This document shows, piece by piece, positions 8,997 through 19,366 of a stretch of DNA of 64,000 nt (position 1 is the stretch's first letter; every line of letters begins with the position of its first letter). The stretch is from IMG/VR virus record IMGVR_UViG_3300001242_000012. One strand, written 5' to 3'. The notes below the pieces were generated by a model, which was not told the DNA's origin, made no database searches, and saw nothing but the letters and a program-made list of their open reading frames with translations. This stretch comes from a virus (taxonomy: Duplodnaviria > Heunggongvirae > Uroviricota > Caudoviricetes). A program made the position numbers and the translations under genes.

Positions 8997-10325
8997 GTGG
9001 CTGAGAGACTGCGTTTAACAGAGCAATTCATTGTTGAGAGTAAGATTTCTAGACAAGATAGTGCAGCTATATTAACTGAGTCATTCGGTGACTCTGTACT
9101 TATACCTAAAATCGAGGCTATACATGCTGGAATCACAAAGAACAAGGTTATGTACAGTAGTCAAGGATTACAGGGTACTGTTGATTTACGTAGTGGGATA
9201 TACAGTTGGACCCATCCATACCCTAAGCCAGTATTAAAGAATCATGACACTGAAACAGAACCACTAGGTCGAGTTACTAACGCTCAATTTATCACCGATT
9301 CTACAACTGGAAAGAATGCTGTAGTAGTTATGCCTACTATTACGGATAAAGACGCAATAGCAAAGATTCTTGATGGCAGATATTTAACTGTATCCATTGG
9401 AGCTGAAACCGATTCTGCTACTTGTAGCATATGTGGCACCAACGTAGTTGAAGAAGGTTGGTGTGAGCATATTCGTGGTCAGAAATATGAAGTTAAAGGC
9501 CAATTACAAGAATGTTATTGGGAAGCCGGTAATATATGGTTTAATGAGGTCAGTTTCGTTAATGTTCCAGCAGACCAGCATGCTCAAGTTGTAGCTACTG
9601 GAGAGATTATGATGATGGAATGTTACGCATATAAGGATAATAACTTATATAACTTACAGGTCCCATCAGATAAAAGTCTGATGACTAATGAACAAGCGAA
9701 TCTGGAAGGAATTACAGCTCCAGATATAGATAAGCTTGAAGAATCCCATAAAGGAGGAACTACAATCTTGAAAACTATTGAAGAATTAGAAACTGAGCTA
9801 TCTGCTAAGGATTCTAAATTGCAGGAATCTAACGATAAGATTAGTCAGTTAGATGAACAAATCCAGAAGCTTACAGTAGATAATTCAAACTTTGCAACTC
9901 AAATTACTGAACTTACTCAAAGCAAACAAGAACTTGAAGATAAAAACAACACATTCAAAGCTGAGAACGATAGGTTGCTAGAAGAGAATTCTAATATGGC
10001 AACTCAAATCCATAAAACATTGGCTGAGAGAGTTGTTGATATCAAACGAGTACTTAGTAAGCCTGGAGTAGAAACCAGAGAAGAAGCAGTTTCAGCACAT
10101 ATTGAAAGATCTGCTCAGTCATTACAAGACTCATTAATTGATTTACTTGTAGAAATGGAAAAGACACCTGGTAAATTCGTTGTAGAAAAAATACAACATC
10201 CTGGTGTTGATAACAGTGGCAATAAGCAACCTGGTGACGTCACTGTTAAAGAATGCAAAGAAGATAACAAAATAACAACTGAAGATGTCTTCTATGGCCT
10301 ATTAAATCGTTCAAAACGTAAGTAA
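8997..10325 (+). CDS. Prohead protease fused to coiled-coil scaffold
   Basis: PVLKNHD, PLGRV, YLTVSIG, CSICG..CEH, EVSFVNVPAD motifs; heptad-rich acidic C-terminal half. Confidence 0.8.
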   Translation: MAERLRLTEQFIVESKISRQDSAAILTESFGDSVLIPKIEAIHAGITKNKVMYSSQGLQGTVDLRSGIYSWTHPYPKPVLKNHDTETEPLGRVTNAQFITDSTTGKNAVVVMPTITDKDAIAKILDGRYLTVSIGAETDSATCSICGTNVVEEGWCEHIRGQKYEVKGQLQECYWEAGNIWFNEVSFVNVPADQHAQVVATGEIMMMECYAYKDNNLYNLQVPSDKSLMTNEQANLEGITAPDIDKLEESHKGGTTILKTIEELETELSAKDSKLQESNDKISQLDEQIQKLTVDNSNFATQITELTQSKQELEDKNNTFKAENDRLLEENSNMATQIHKTLAERVVDIKRVLSKPGVETREEAVSAHIERSAQSLQDSLIDLLVEMEKTPGKFVVEKIQHPGVDNSGNKQPGDVTVKECKEDNKITTEDVFYGLLNRSKRK

Positions 10326-10346
10326 TCCTAAAGGAGGAAACACGAG

Positions 10347-11831
10347 ATGGCTTTATTCCCTCAGCAATATTTCACACTTGGAGGTCTTAATGATCGGACT
10401 CATACCAATCTAGTTCGCTCTGAAGGCATGTCTCCTGCAGAAAAATGGATTTTAGACCCGGATCTTCCCGGTCTCTTCGAATATCGTTTCGGTGGTTTTG
10501 GTATGGTAGTTGTTCCGAAAGGTGCTATCGTTTCTGTAACTGCTCCGAAATACGATTGGGAAACTGAGAAGATTGTCAACTGTTTAACAATTGCTAACGG
10601 TGCTAACACTCCTATCGGTGTAGCTCCATACAACTTCTATGAAAAGAATAAAGATCGTATGGGCGACAACCAACTCTCTATCGAGAATCGTACCTATATC
10701 GAAGTTCCTTATTTTCACAATGCTGATGCAACTGCTCAAGGCGCAAGTCTTAGCGAAATGCGTTGGGGCTGTGCAAGTTCACGTATCTTCAATTCTACCT
10801 ATACAACTAATACATTAGCAATGCTCTCAGCTGGTGACTTTGTGAAACCAGACGGTAAGGGTCGCTTTGTTAAGTGGTTCAGCAACAAACCTATGACTCA
10901 AGTTTTCACAGATGCAACTGGAGATACTCTTTCTGATGTTGTTTTACACATTAATGAGCCCATTAAGCCTAGTACAACCGTAACTATTACAGAAGAAGGT
11001 CAAGAGACCGCCATTGCAGGCGCAAATATTACTGTATGGTACGGCAGTGCTATTATCACTGTTGCAAAGGAAGGTCTTGTAGCAGCTGATAAGGACCTGA
11101 CTGTCAATTACACTTCGGCATTATCTGATCCTGTTGAACAGATGGTAGGTCAAACACTTGCAGTAGAAACTGATCTTCCTCCGCTGGGATGGTTAGCATA
11201 TTTCATGGATATTCGTCAGGATGCTGACAATGAATTGAATAACGCCATGAAACAAACCAGCTATCCTCCGGCTGCTGAAGGTGGCTATCCTGCATATGGT
11301 TATGCTCAGAACTACGTATCTCAAATGAAGAAACTCTTTGATGCTCAAAGTCCTAAAGGTATTCCATTCTTGACTGATGGTTATTTCAGAGCTAAGAAAA
11401 CTTATGGGGCTAGCACTCCAGTCGCTATTAATAGTTTGGCAGCTGCTGGTGTCACTCCGTTCTCCGAAACTGCTAATGTTGGCTTCGCTGATGCTAACGG
11501 TACATTAGCTGTTCCAGTTACTGCAAGAGACACTAACTTGTATATCAAGATGAAAGCTCCGATTGCCGTTGATGGTGACATTCGTGACTATAGCAACAGC
11601 CGTGGCTTTACTGGTATCAAAGTATACTTTGATGGTGTACAAGTAGCAGAGCGTAAGAAATATCACGTTGACTACAAGAATGATACTGTAATTCTTCTGT
11701 TGGATGCAAATGACAATGGTAAAGTAGTAACCATTACATGTGCGTTGATTGAAGATCAACTCCCTGGTCTGCCGACTGAATGGGATTACAGTGGAACTAT
11801 TGGTGCGATTAGAGTTCTGCTTTGCAAATAA
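10347..11831 (+). CDS. Putative capsid decoration/accessory head protein
   Basis: Between protease and MCP; VVVPKGAIVS, PIGVA, GDFVKPDGKGRFVK beta-rich motifs with large insertions. Confidence 0.5.
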   Translation: MALFPQQYFTLGGLNDRTHTNLVRSEGMSPAEKWILDPDLPGLFEYRFGGFGMVVVPKGAIVSVTAPKYDWETEKIVNCLTIANGANTPIGVAPYNFYEKNKDRMGDNQLSIENRTYIEVPYFHNADATAQGASLSEMRWGCASSRIFNSTYTTNTLAMLSAGDFVKPDGKGRFVKWFSNKPMTQVFTDATGDTLSDVVLHINEPIKPSTTVTITEEGQETAIAGANITVWYGSAIITVAKEGLVAADKDLTVNYTSALSDPVEQMVGQTLAVETDLPPLGWLAYFMDIRQDADNELNNAMKQTSYPPAAEGGYPAYGYAQNYVSQMKKLFDAQSPKGIPFLTDGYFRAKKTYGASTPVAINSLAAAGVTPFSETANVGFADANGTLAVPVTARDTNLYIKMKAPIAVDGDIRDYSNSRGFTGIKVYFDGVQVAERKKYHVDYKNDTVILLLDANDNGKVVTITCALIEDQLPGLPTEWDYSGTIGAIRVLLCK

Positions 11832-11841
11832 TTAATTGATT

Positions 11842-11864
11842 AGAGTGGAGCTTGTCTCCACTCT
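11842..11864 (+). promoter_or_regulatory. Perfect 9-bp hairpin upstream of the MCP ribosome-binding site
   Basis: AGAGTGGAG-CTTGT-CTCCACTCT, no U-tract. Confidence 0.5.
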
Positions 11865-11891
11865 CCATATAGACTAAGGAGGAAATATCCA

Positions 11892-12989
11892 ATGGATTTA
11901 ATGGAAAAATATATGAAGATTATGGAGGTTGCTCCCGGAGGTAAAGTTCCCAATAAAGACCGCATTGCGGTAGCTGAAGCTTTATCAACTCCTGATGCAT
12001 CCATTCTCTTCCCCAAGGTAGTAAGTACTATGATGTTAGAAGCTGCCGAACCAGCATACTTAGCTTCTAAGTTTTTACAGCGTATTCAACTTACCGAAGG
12101 CCGTTCCATGGAATTCCCTATCTTTGGCGCTATTCGTGCATTCGAAGTCGCTGAGGGACAGGAATATCCTGAGCAAACCTTGAATTACCACATTGATAAG
12201 ATGACCACTGAAGTCAAAGTAAAGAAATATGGTCTTAAAATTAAGGTCACTGATGAAATGATTTCTGACTCACAGTGGGATGTAATTGGTATGCATTTAC
12301 GTGCTGCTGGTGCTGCTATGGCTCGCCTCAAGGAAGAAAATATTTTCCGTGAGTTTAATAAGCACGGTCATATTGTATTCGATGGCGACTCTGCAGATCC
12401 CAAAGCTAAAGGTAATGGTCGTGACTTCTACGGTAATAAGAATGGTACTCTGACTGCAGAAGATCTCGTAGATATGTGTACTTCCATCATCGCTGCTGGT
12501 TTTAATCCTACCGATATTATCATGCACCCATTATGCTGGACACTCTTCTATAAGAATGAGATCCTCGATAGCTTGAAGGTTTCTGCATTTGGTCAAAGTG
12601 CTCCTGCAACTTCAATTGCTCAAGCACCGCCTCAAGTAGGCATCAATACTGGTATTCCTGTTGGTGGACTTAATCTGTCCTTCTCTCCATGGGTTCCGTT
12701 TGATCAAGCTAATAAGAAGTTCAGTTTCTATATCTTGGACCGCAATAACGTAGGTGTAATGTTAGTTAAAGACGACATGTCTACCGAACAATTCGACGAT
12801 CCTACTAGAGATATCCAGGCTATGAAAGTAAGAGAGCGCTATGGAATTGGTATATTAAATGGCGGGTACGGTATTGCCGTAGCTAAGAACATTCCATTCA
12901 AGAAGACTTATCCGCTGCCGCAAGCTAACTTCCAAGTTGATTTACCTGCTTCTGGTACTGCCAATGAAATTACCGATGCTATCCTGTAA
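11892..12989 (+). CDS. Major capsid protein (HK97 fold)
   Basis: 365 aa after protease/scaffold; ILFPKVV..MMLEAAEP, EVAEGQEYPE, KKYGLKIKVTDEMISD, MKVRERYGIGIL; followed by a terminator-like hairpin. Confidence 0.9.
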   Translation: MDLMEKYMKIMEVAPGGKVPNKDRIAVAEALSTPDASILFPKVVSTMMLEAAEPAYLASKFLQRIQLTEGRSMEFPIFGAIRAFEVAEGQEYPEQTLNYHIDKMTTEVKVKKYGLKIKVTDEMISDSQWDVIGMHLRAAGAAMARLKEENIFREFNKHGHIVFDGDSADPKAKGNGRDFYGNKNGTLTAEDLVDMCTSIIAAGFNPTDIIMHPLCWTLFYKNEILDSLKVSAFGQSAPATSIAQAPPQVGINTGIPVGGLNLSFSPWVPFDQANKKFSFYILDRNNVGVMLVKDDMSTEQFDDPTRDIQAMKVRERYGIGILNGGYGIAVAKNIPFKKTYPLPQANFQVDLPASGTANEITDAIL

Positions 12990-12997
12990 GAATAACG

Positions 12998-13025
12998 AGG
13001 GCGGGCGGCTTAGTCTGTCTGCCCT
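12998..13025 (+). terminator. Putative terminator/attenuator hairpin after MCP
   Basis: AGGGCGGGCGG-CTTAGT-CTGTCTGCCCT, 11-bp stem with 3 G-U pairs, weak U-tract. Confidence 0.55.
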
Positions 13026-13063
13026 TCATCTACATAAAACCTGATTGTAAGGAGTGATAACAG

Positions 13064-14542
13064 ATGCCAACTTATTTATTGACAATTGATGATGTATCTC
13101 CAAATCAGGATTCCATTGATGTACTTCGAAGTACATCAATTAATATCACATTTAATAGGGATTTAAGCCCAACTACGTTGGCTGGTAATATCCTATTAGA
13201 CAAGAAAGTCGATAATATATTCACTAATATCAGCGGTACAATCTCTTATAGTAAGAAAGTAGCTACATTCATACCATCAGAACCATTAGACGCTAATACT
13301 GTATATCGCGTCACTGTAATAGGTGATCTTAATGGGAATGACAGTATCGTAACTGGTATTAAAGACATATTCGGCAATGGAATGTTAGGAAAATTCCAAT
13401 ATCTATTTTCTACTGTAGATGCTCCGATATTGATTAAGCCAGTTATAATTAGTCCAGCATCTAACACAACAATCAGTAATGCCCCAACAATTAGTTGGAG
13501 TAGTATTAACGAAGCCCTAACATACGATATACAGATTAGTCCATCCTCAGATTTTAGTGTAGATTTATGGTTTACTTCTATCATAGATGGTTCAACATCA
13601 GTAACCCCTAATATAGTTTTTATTGATGGTCCATACTTTTGTAGAATGTTGTATACAACATCTAATGGTCAAAGTGAATTTAGCGATACTGTAAGGTTCT
13701 ATTATTCTAATATAGTTAGTAGTTCATACATAGAATCTAGATCATTAGAGGTCATACATACCTCACCACTCGATAAAGCATGTAACATCGGAATAAATAC
13801 TCCTCTGAGTATAACCTTTAATTACAATATTGACCCTGATTCAATATCCAATAGAATAACCCTTCAGGAATTCCCTTCAGGCAATATCGAAGTAACTATA
13901 ACCCTCAATGAAGATACAATCACAATAGTCCCTACATCATCACTACTAATCAATAAAGAGTATCGAATCATAGTTAATAATTCGATATCATCTATAGATG
14001 GTGATGAACTGATATATGACTATGAGTATATATTCACTACAACTTATTCGCCACTATATTGTGAGTTCAGTGATGTTGCTACAGATATTTATCCAATCAC
14101 TGGTCACCTACCTCCTCATATTATCTATAAAGCGATAAGAGATGCAAGCATAAATGCTAGAGAACTTAGAACATTAGTCGAAGCTAGCGTTATAGGTTCA
14201 GTTCCAACGGATTGGACCGATACAGCTAACCTTCCTTTCTATATAAAACAGTATGTTAGATATCAAGCTGGATATGACACTTTCTTATATGCATATATGG
14301 AGAAGTCATCTACTGTAGGTATGAGTAAGGAATTAGGAGACTTCCATGTCCAATCTCTTCTACCTATATTGGGTGACGCAACAAACATCCTACGTATGCT
14401 TAAGGAAAGAATTAAACCTTGGTTAGACCAATTAATGAATCTAGGCTTTAACCGAGGATATGCAACTCCTAAATCAGCCGTAAGAGGAGAAAATGTCTCT
14501 GCTTATCAATCATTCCACGATAGAATAGCATACAAGGAGTGA
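13064..14542 (+). CDS. Virion protein with SbsA-like Ig domains and putative head-tail adaptor C-terminus
   Basis: Two Big_5-like repeats (VSP..SINITFN..PSEPLDANTVYRVTV; TSP..LSITFN..LLINKEYRIIV), FN3-like middle, helical C-terminus. Confidence 0.6.
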   Translation: MPTYLLTIDDVSPNQDSIDVLRSTSINITFNRDLSPTTLAGNILLDKKVDNIFTNISGTISYSKKVATFIPSEPLDANTVYRVTVIGDLNGNDSIVTGIKDIFGNGMLGKFQYLFSTVDAPILIKPVIISPASNTTISNAPTISWSSINEALTYDIQISPSSDFSVDLWFTSIIDGSTSVTPNIVFIDGPYFCRMLYTTSNGQSEFSDTVRFYYSNIVSSSYIESRSLEVIHTSPLDKACNIGINTPLSITFNYNIDPDSISNRITLQEFPSGNIEVTITLNEDTITIVPTSSLLINKEYRIIVNNSISSIDGDELIYDYEYIFTTTYSPLYCEFSDVATDIYPITGHLPPHIIYKAIRDASINARELRTLVEASVIGSVPTDWTDTANLPFYIKQYVRYQAGYDTFLYAYMEKSSTVGMSKELGDFHVQSLLPILGDATNILRMLKERIKPWLDQLMNLGFNRGYATPKSAVRGENVSAYQSFHDRIAYKE

Positions 14543-15072
14543 GGTCGTTGGATCTTAGAAAAGAATTTGAAGACCTGCTTTCTAAATATGGTTATTCTGT
14601 ATTACTTATCCGTAGTGGTAAAAACCGAAGATGTATCTGCTGGAATGATAAAACTCAAGAGTCTCCAGTAACTTGTCCATATTGCTATGGACTTGGCTTT
14701 ATATCTGTAGTTGAGAGACATAGATGTAGAAGCGGTATAGCAAATATACCTGAAACACTAGCAAGGTCTAACAAACAAACTGATTATGGGCAGGTAGCCG
14801 TTCCATCAAGAGTATTTTACTTTAGATATAATGTCAAACCCAATATCAAGGATTTGCTGATAGATTGTGACTTTGACAAAAATGGATTACCGATACTATC
14901 TGACTACTCCATTTATGAGATAAATACAATTGATAATCTTAGAAGCGATAATGGAAGAGTAGAATACTCTAAAATATTTTGTGGAATCCAAGCAGTTCAA
15001 AAGGAAATCGTTGCTTTCAATGTACGTAAATCTGGAGTAGATCTAATATATGATATTGGTTTTAGGAGGTAA
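14539..15072 (+). CDS. Putative neck/head-closure protein
   Basis: Neck position; DLRKEFEDLL..G, CIC..CPYCYGLGF zinc motif. Confidence 0.5.
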   Translation: MRSLDLRKEFEDLLSKYGYSVLLIRSGKNRRCICWNDKTQESPVTCPYCYGLGFISVVERHRCRSGIANIPETLARSNKQTDYGQVAVPSRVFYFRYNVKPNIKDLLIDCDFDKNGLPILSDYSIYEINTIDNLRSDNGRVEYSKIFCGIQAVQKEIVAFNVRKSGVDLIYDIGFRR

Positions 15073-15076
15073 ATAA

Positions 15077-16504
15077 TTGAGTATCCATATCGTATTTTCA
15101 TCTCCTAAAATTAGCTATGATATTGTCCCCAGCAATACTGTCCTCATAATTGGATACGCAAGTGATGGTCCCGTATGGGAACCAACATATATCAATTCTT
15201 ATGAAGTTGCTAGTAGTACTTTCGGCAGTTGTGATTTATCTGAAGCCTGGTATGTTGCTAGCGAAGTTGGTGCTGTCGATATATATCTAATGAGAGTAAA
15301 TGGATGTGCCTCTTGGTACCAAGTACCATATAGAACACAGCCAGATATAATAGATAGTCCAACAGATGTGGCCTTTACTTTATATAGTAAGAATGCTGGA
15401 GTTAAGTATAATGATGCAATAAGCTTTAGTGTAACGGTAGCATCAGGACTAGCAGATAAGCTAATTATAAAGAATATTAATAACACTAATAGAACTTATG
15501 ATTTGACTATTTACCCTACATTAGGCCATCTATGTGAGGCCATAAATGACGACTCTAAGATTGGGCTTGTAGATGTTTGTGCGATATTAAATGATGACTT
15601 GTCATCAGCTTCTATCCATACTAGTTCATTAGCTAGTCAACCTTTCACAATGCTTAGTAATGGACGTGACTATGATTCTGAAACACTTGCACAGTCACTT
15701 TTAGAAGGATACGAGGACATGATTTTCAATTTTCCAGCTGAAGTTATTGTACTTAGCGGTGCTTATTACGCTGGTAATGAAAATTACATTAAGGACTTAG
15801 CTTCATTCTGCTATAAACGGAATGAGACAGGCATGAGTACTATTGGAATTGTTTCTGCAAGACCAAAGACAGACATTGAAACTGTCGAAGAGTATGTCAA
15901 TAGTTTAATTACGTCAGAACACAAGAATGATTTAACTGAAAATGATGGTGATTCTGGCCGTTTCGTATCTGTAATTGTTGGAGAAGCAAACATATATGAT
16001 GGCACAAGTACGTTCAAGACTACATTAGCTCCAGCAATTGGTGGATTGTGCACATTGCTTCCTAGTAGTAATAGCGTTATGAACAAACGTCTTTGCTCTG
16101 GTGAATTATTGTACTCATTTAGCCAGAAGGAAATTAATGCACTTACTAATGTAGGATTAAACCCAGTAAGAAATTCTATTCGTAATGGTCCAGTTGTAAA
16201 TTCGGCCTTAACTTTAGATAAAGACAAAAGTATATATAAATCACTAACATATGTTCGGATATCCCAGAAGATATCGAATGATGTGCAAGAAGTCCTATCA
16301 AATTTTATAGGTAGTATAGACACTGGATTTAACTCCTCATATATTGTGCAAAAGGTTACGACTGTTATGTCGAATCTAGTTACTAATAATTATGTAAGAG
16401 AATTCTCAATAAACATTACTGAATCAACTGACGAGAAGATTATAACTATAACTGCTGTACCTATTGGCGAGATAAAGTCAATAACTGTAACAGTAAGAGT
16501 ATAA
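15077..16504 (+). CDS. Tail sheath paralog 1
   Basis: LIIGYASDGP, YLMRVNG, SKNAGVKYN, LAPAIGGL, NALTNVGLNPVRN, YVRISQKI sheath-like motifs. Confidence 0.75.
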   Translation: MSIHIVFSSPKISYDIVPSNTVLIIGYASDGPVWEPTYINSYEVASSTFGSCDLSEAWYVASEVGAVDIYLMRVNGCASWYQVPYRTQPDIIDSPTDVAFTLYSKNAGVKYNDAISFSVTVASGLADKLIIKNINNTNRTYDLTIYPTLGHLCEAINDDSKIGLVDVCAILNDDLSSASIHTSSLASQPFTMLSNGRDYDSETLAQSLLEGYEDMIFNFPAEVIVLSGAYYAGNENYIKDLASFCYKRNETGMSTIGIVSARPKTDIETVEEYVNSLITSEHKNDLTENDGDSGRFVSVIVGEANIYDGTSTFKTTLAPAIGGLCTLLPSSNSVMNKRLCSGELLYSFSQKEINALTNVGLNPVRNSIRNGPVVNSALTLDKDKSIYKSLTYVRISQKISNDVQEVLSNFIGSIDTGFNSSYIVQKVTTVMSNLVTNNYVREFSINITESTDEKIITITAVPIGEIKSITVTVRV

Positions 16505-16516
16505 TGAGGGATTATT

Positions 16517-17095
16517 ATGCCTAAGGAATTTAGATTACAGGCAGATAGTAGCTGTGACTTCGAAGGATTCACAACTCTTCTCAAGTCTTTAGTCGATAAC
16601 ACTATGGAGGGTGTAACATTTGTAGAAGCATTCCCAAGTGGAACAGACCCTGAACAAATAAAACCTCCTTTAATAACATATAAGGTAATGAGCAGGGTTC
16701 CATCAAATAAAGAGATTACGCCTAAGATTAGAGAACTCCCATTCGAAGATCCCAATCAACCTAATAAAACCATATTAATATATGGTCAAAAGTTTGACTA
16801 TATAATTGAATTTAGTATATGGTGCGCTACTAATGAATCAGCTAACAAACTCATGAATGAGTTTGAAGACACATTAATAATCTATAAAGGCGATTTGATG
16901 CGTAGTGGAGTGCAAAACATCTTGTTCAACCAGCAGTTAGAAGATAACAGCGAAAGTAGTTCTAGAGTCAAATTAGCTCATAGAACATTACTATATCAAG
17001 TTCGTTTAGAAAAACTTACATCGGTAAGCTCATCTAAACTTAATATGATTACAGTAAGAGTTAATGGCGATCTTGTATTTAAAGTAGAAGATTGA
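16517..17095 (+). CDS. Putative tail terminator/completion protein
   Basis: PPLITYKV, YIIEFSIWC, ANKLMNEFED, RTLLYQVRLE pattern; immediately before the main sheath. Confidence 0.55.
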   Translation: MPKEFRLQADSSCDFEGFTTLLKSLVDNTMEGVTFVEAFPSGTDPEQIKPPLITYKVMSRVPSNKEITPKIRELPFEDPNQPNKTILIYGQKFDYIIEFSIWCATNESANKLMNEFEDTLIIYKGDLMRSGVQNILFNQQLEDNSESSSRVKLAHRTLLYQVRLEKLTSVSSSKLNMITVRVNGDLVFKVED

Positions 17096-17121
17096 CAAAC
17101 TAATCAAGGAGGAATATCTCA

Positions 17122-18762
17122 ATGACAGACTTATATCAATATCTTCCTGGTTTTACTATCGAATATAAAGATGGAGGTTTGACTATACCTCGTGAGACAG
17201 TAACAACTAATAGTGTAACACTGATTGGTACTGCTACCGATGGTCCAAAGCATGAACCTGTATCTGTATATCGTCCAGAAGATGCTGAATTAGTTTTTGG
17301 AAAACCATACAATGTTGCTAATGGCATAGCCAATGGAACAAGTCTCTTGCTTGGAATGTTGGAGAGTTACAATGCAGGTTGCCGCGATATCCGTTTAGTC
17401 AGAGTAGGTGGCGAGTTTGCGTCTGCCAACATTGAAGACATTACTGCGGTAACACCCGGAAAAGCAATTAAACTAACAGCCGTTTATGCAGGCTCCCTAT
17501 ACAATAACACTGCGTATACAGTTATTGTAGTAGAATCTAAAGCAACCACATTAACTATTACTAAACCAGCAGAGAAGGGTAGTTCAACTCTAACCTTCAA
17601 TATCACACCTACCATGACTATAGAAGAACTCATTAAACTTATCAATGACAATCCTAATAACAACGTTGTTATTGCTGAGTTAGGAGAAGATGGTATCTTA
17701 GCTGATGTAGCTGCAGATGTATTAGCTGTTAAACCAGCTACTAAGTTAACAGGCGGTAGCGATGGTCTTAATATGACTGCCGACGATACTTATCATGAAA
17801 TGTATCATGCATACCAGGCAATAGAGGATTATGAAACAGATTCTATTTCTGTACTTGGTTTGTATGCAGATGATGTGTATCCGGTAGGTCATGCCAAAGC
17901 TGGTGAAGAAATCGGTTATGCAGAACAACTAGCTAACCATTGTGCTAATGTATCTGAGAGAGGCATCGAAACATTCGGTGTTATCGCTTGTAAGCCAATT
18001 GCTACGGTAAGTCAGACTAACGTAAAGACTAAGGTAACAGCGCTTAGGACTAGAACCAATGCAAATAAATATTACAAGATAAAGGTTACTCATGATGAGG
18101 AGGCTGGGACCTTCACATTCCCTGCTTATGAGAAGAACGTATTGACTGGTATACAAATTTCAGTTGGTCATTATGTAAATGTAGTAGCAATGCCGGAATT
18201 GCAATTTGTTCACCCAGTTATCGGTAGATATTATGCTCCTGGTGCCGCTGCTTATGCTGGTTTAATATCTAGTTTGCCAGCAGAATCTGCTCCCACAAAT
18301 AAAATTCTATCTAATGTTCGTTCCCTCCGCTACAAGCTAAGTCCAGCCCAACTCAATGATCTGACTGAATATAACTACGTGACATTTAAAAATCGTACTG
18401 AAGGCGTAGCTGTTACAGATGGTTGTACAGCATCAGCTCCATTAGCTAATGGACAGAAATCCGATTATTCTCGTTTAAGTACGATGAGAATTGTTTTTGC
18501 TGCAGTTAAATTAGTGCGTGAAGAAGCTGAGCCATTCATTGGTGAGCCTAATGAACTTCCGCAACGTAATGCACTTAACACAGCAATCAAATCTGGACTC
18601 AATAAGATGAAAACTGCTGGTGCTATAACTGCCCATAGATTCAGCATCACTGCTACATTAGAGCAGAAAATTCTTGGCGAATCATATATTGACCTTGAAT
18701 TGGTTCCTGCATTAGAGAATCGCAAGATCAGAGTTAATGTATCTTTAAGGGCCACATTCTAA
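17122..18762 (+). CDS. Tail sheath protein (main)
   Basis: LPGFTIEYKDG, LIGTATDGP, IRLVRVG, APGAAAYAGL, SRLSTMRIV, IDLELVPALE.RKIRV. Confidence 0.9.
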   Translation: MTDLYQYLPGFTIEYKDGGLTIPRETVTTNSVTLIGTATDGPKHEPVSVYRPEDAELVFGKPYNVANGIANGTSLLLGMLESYNAGCRDIRLVRVGGEFASANIEDITAVTPGKAIKLTAVYAGSLYNNTAYTVIVVESKATTLTITKPAEKGSSTLTFNITPTMTIEELIKLINDNPNNNVVIAELGEDGILADVAADVLAVKPATKLTGGSDGLNMTADDTYHEMYHAYQAIEDYETDSISVLGLYADDVYPVGHAKAGEEIGYAEQLANHCANVSERGIETFGVIACKPIATVSQTNVKTKVTALRTRTNANKYYKIKVTHDEEAGTFTFPAYEKNVLTGIQISVGHYVNVVAMPELQFVHPVIGRYYAPGAAAYAGLISSLPAESAPTNKILSNVRSLRYKLSPAQLNDLTEYNYVTFKNRTEGVAVTDGCTASAPLANGQKSDYSRLSTMRIVFAAVKLVREEAEPFIGEPNELPQRNALNTAIKSGLNKMKTAGAITAHRFSITATLEQKILGESYIDLELVPALENRKIRVNVSLRATF

Positions 18763-18778
18763 ATGAGGAGGTTTTCCA

Positions 18779-19318
18779 ATGAAATCAAGTTACACAAAGA
18801 CATATACTAGTTTCAGCGGTGCTGACATTGTTGCAACATTTGCTGGAAAGGTAATTGGTGAATTACAAGCTATTACTTATTCAGTCACCCGTGAAAAAGC
18901 TCCGATCTACACAATGGGTTCTCCTGACCCTAGGTCCTTTAGCCGTGGTAAACGCGGTATTGCTGGTTCCTTAGTGTTCCAAGTGTTTGACCGTGATGTA
19001 TTCCACAATATGAAGGATGACAGTAAGTACATGACTGCTAGTGCCAACACAAAAGATCCCATGAGTATGGATGAATGGGATACTGCTCAGGATAATAATA
19101 ACGAATTCGTTGAGGCTGACGCAATCTATGCTGACCAAATTCCTCCGTTTGATATCGTAATAACATTCATGAACGAGTATGGTCAATCTTCTACTATGTC
19201 TATTTATGGTGTAGAAATACTCAATGAAGGTATGGGTTTATCAATTGACGATATAACTACTGAGAAAGCTTGCACATTCGTTGCTCGTGGACTCAGCCAT
19301 ATGATACCTAAAAGCTAA
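18779..19318 (+). CDS. Tail tube protein paralog 1
   Basis: Directly after sheath; IGELQAITYSVTREKAPIYTMG, RGIAGSLVF, IYGVEILNEG. Confidence 0.85.
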   Translation: MKSSYTKTYTSFSGADIVATFAGKVIGELQAITYSVTREKAPIYTMGSPDPRSFSRGKRGIAGSLVFQVFDRDVFHNMKDDSKYMTASANTKDPMSMDEWDTAQDNNNEFVEADAIYADQIPPFDIVITFMNEYGQSSTMSIYGVEILNEGMGLSIDDITTEKACTFVARGLSHMIPKS

Positions 19319-19349
19319 TAAGTGATGGGGCTATAGCCCCATCACTTAT
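19318..19349. repeat. Perfect 32-bp palindrome between tube genes
   Basis: ATAAGTGATGGGGCTA|TAGCCCCATCACTTAT. Confidence 0.85.
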
Positions 19350-19366
19350 ACATAAGGAGAAATACT

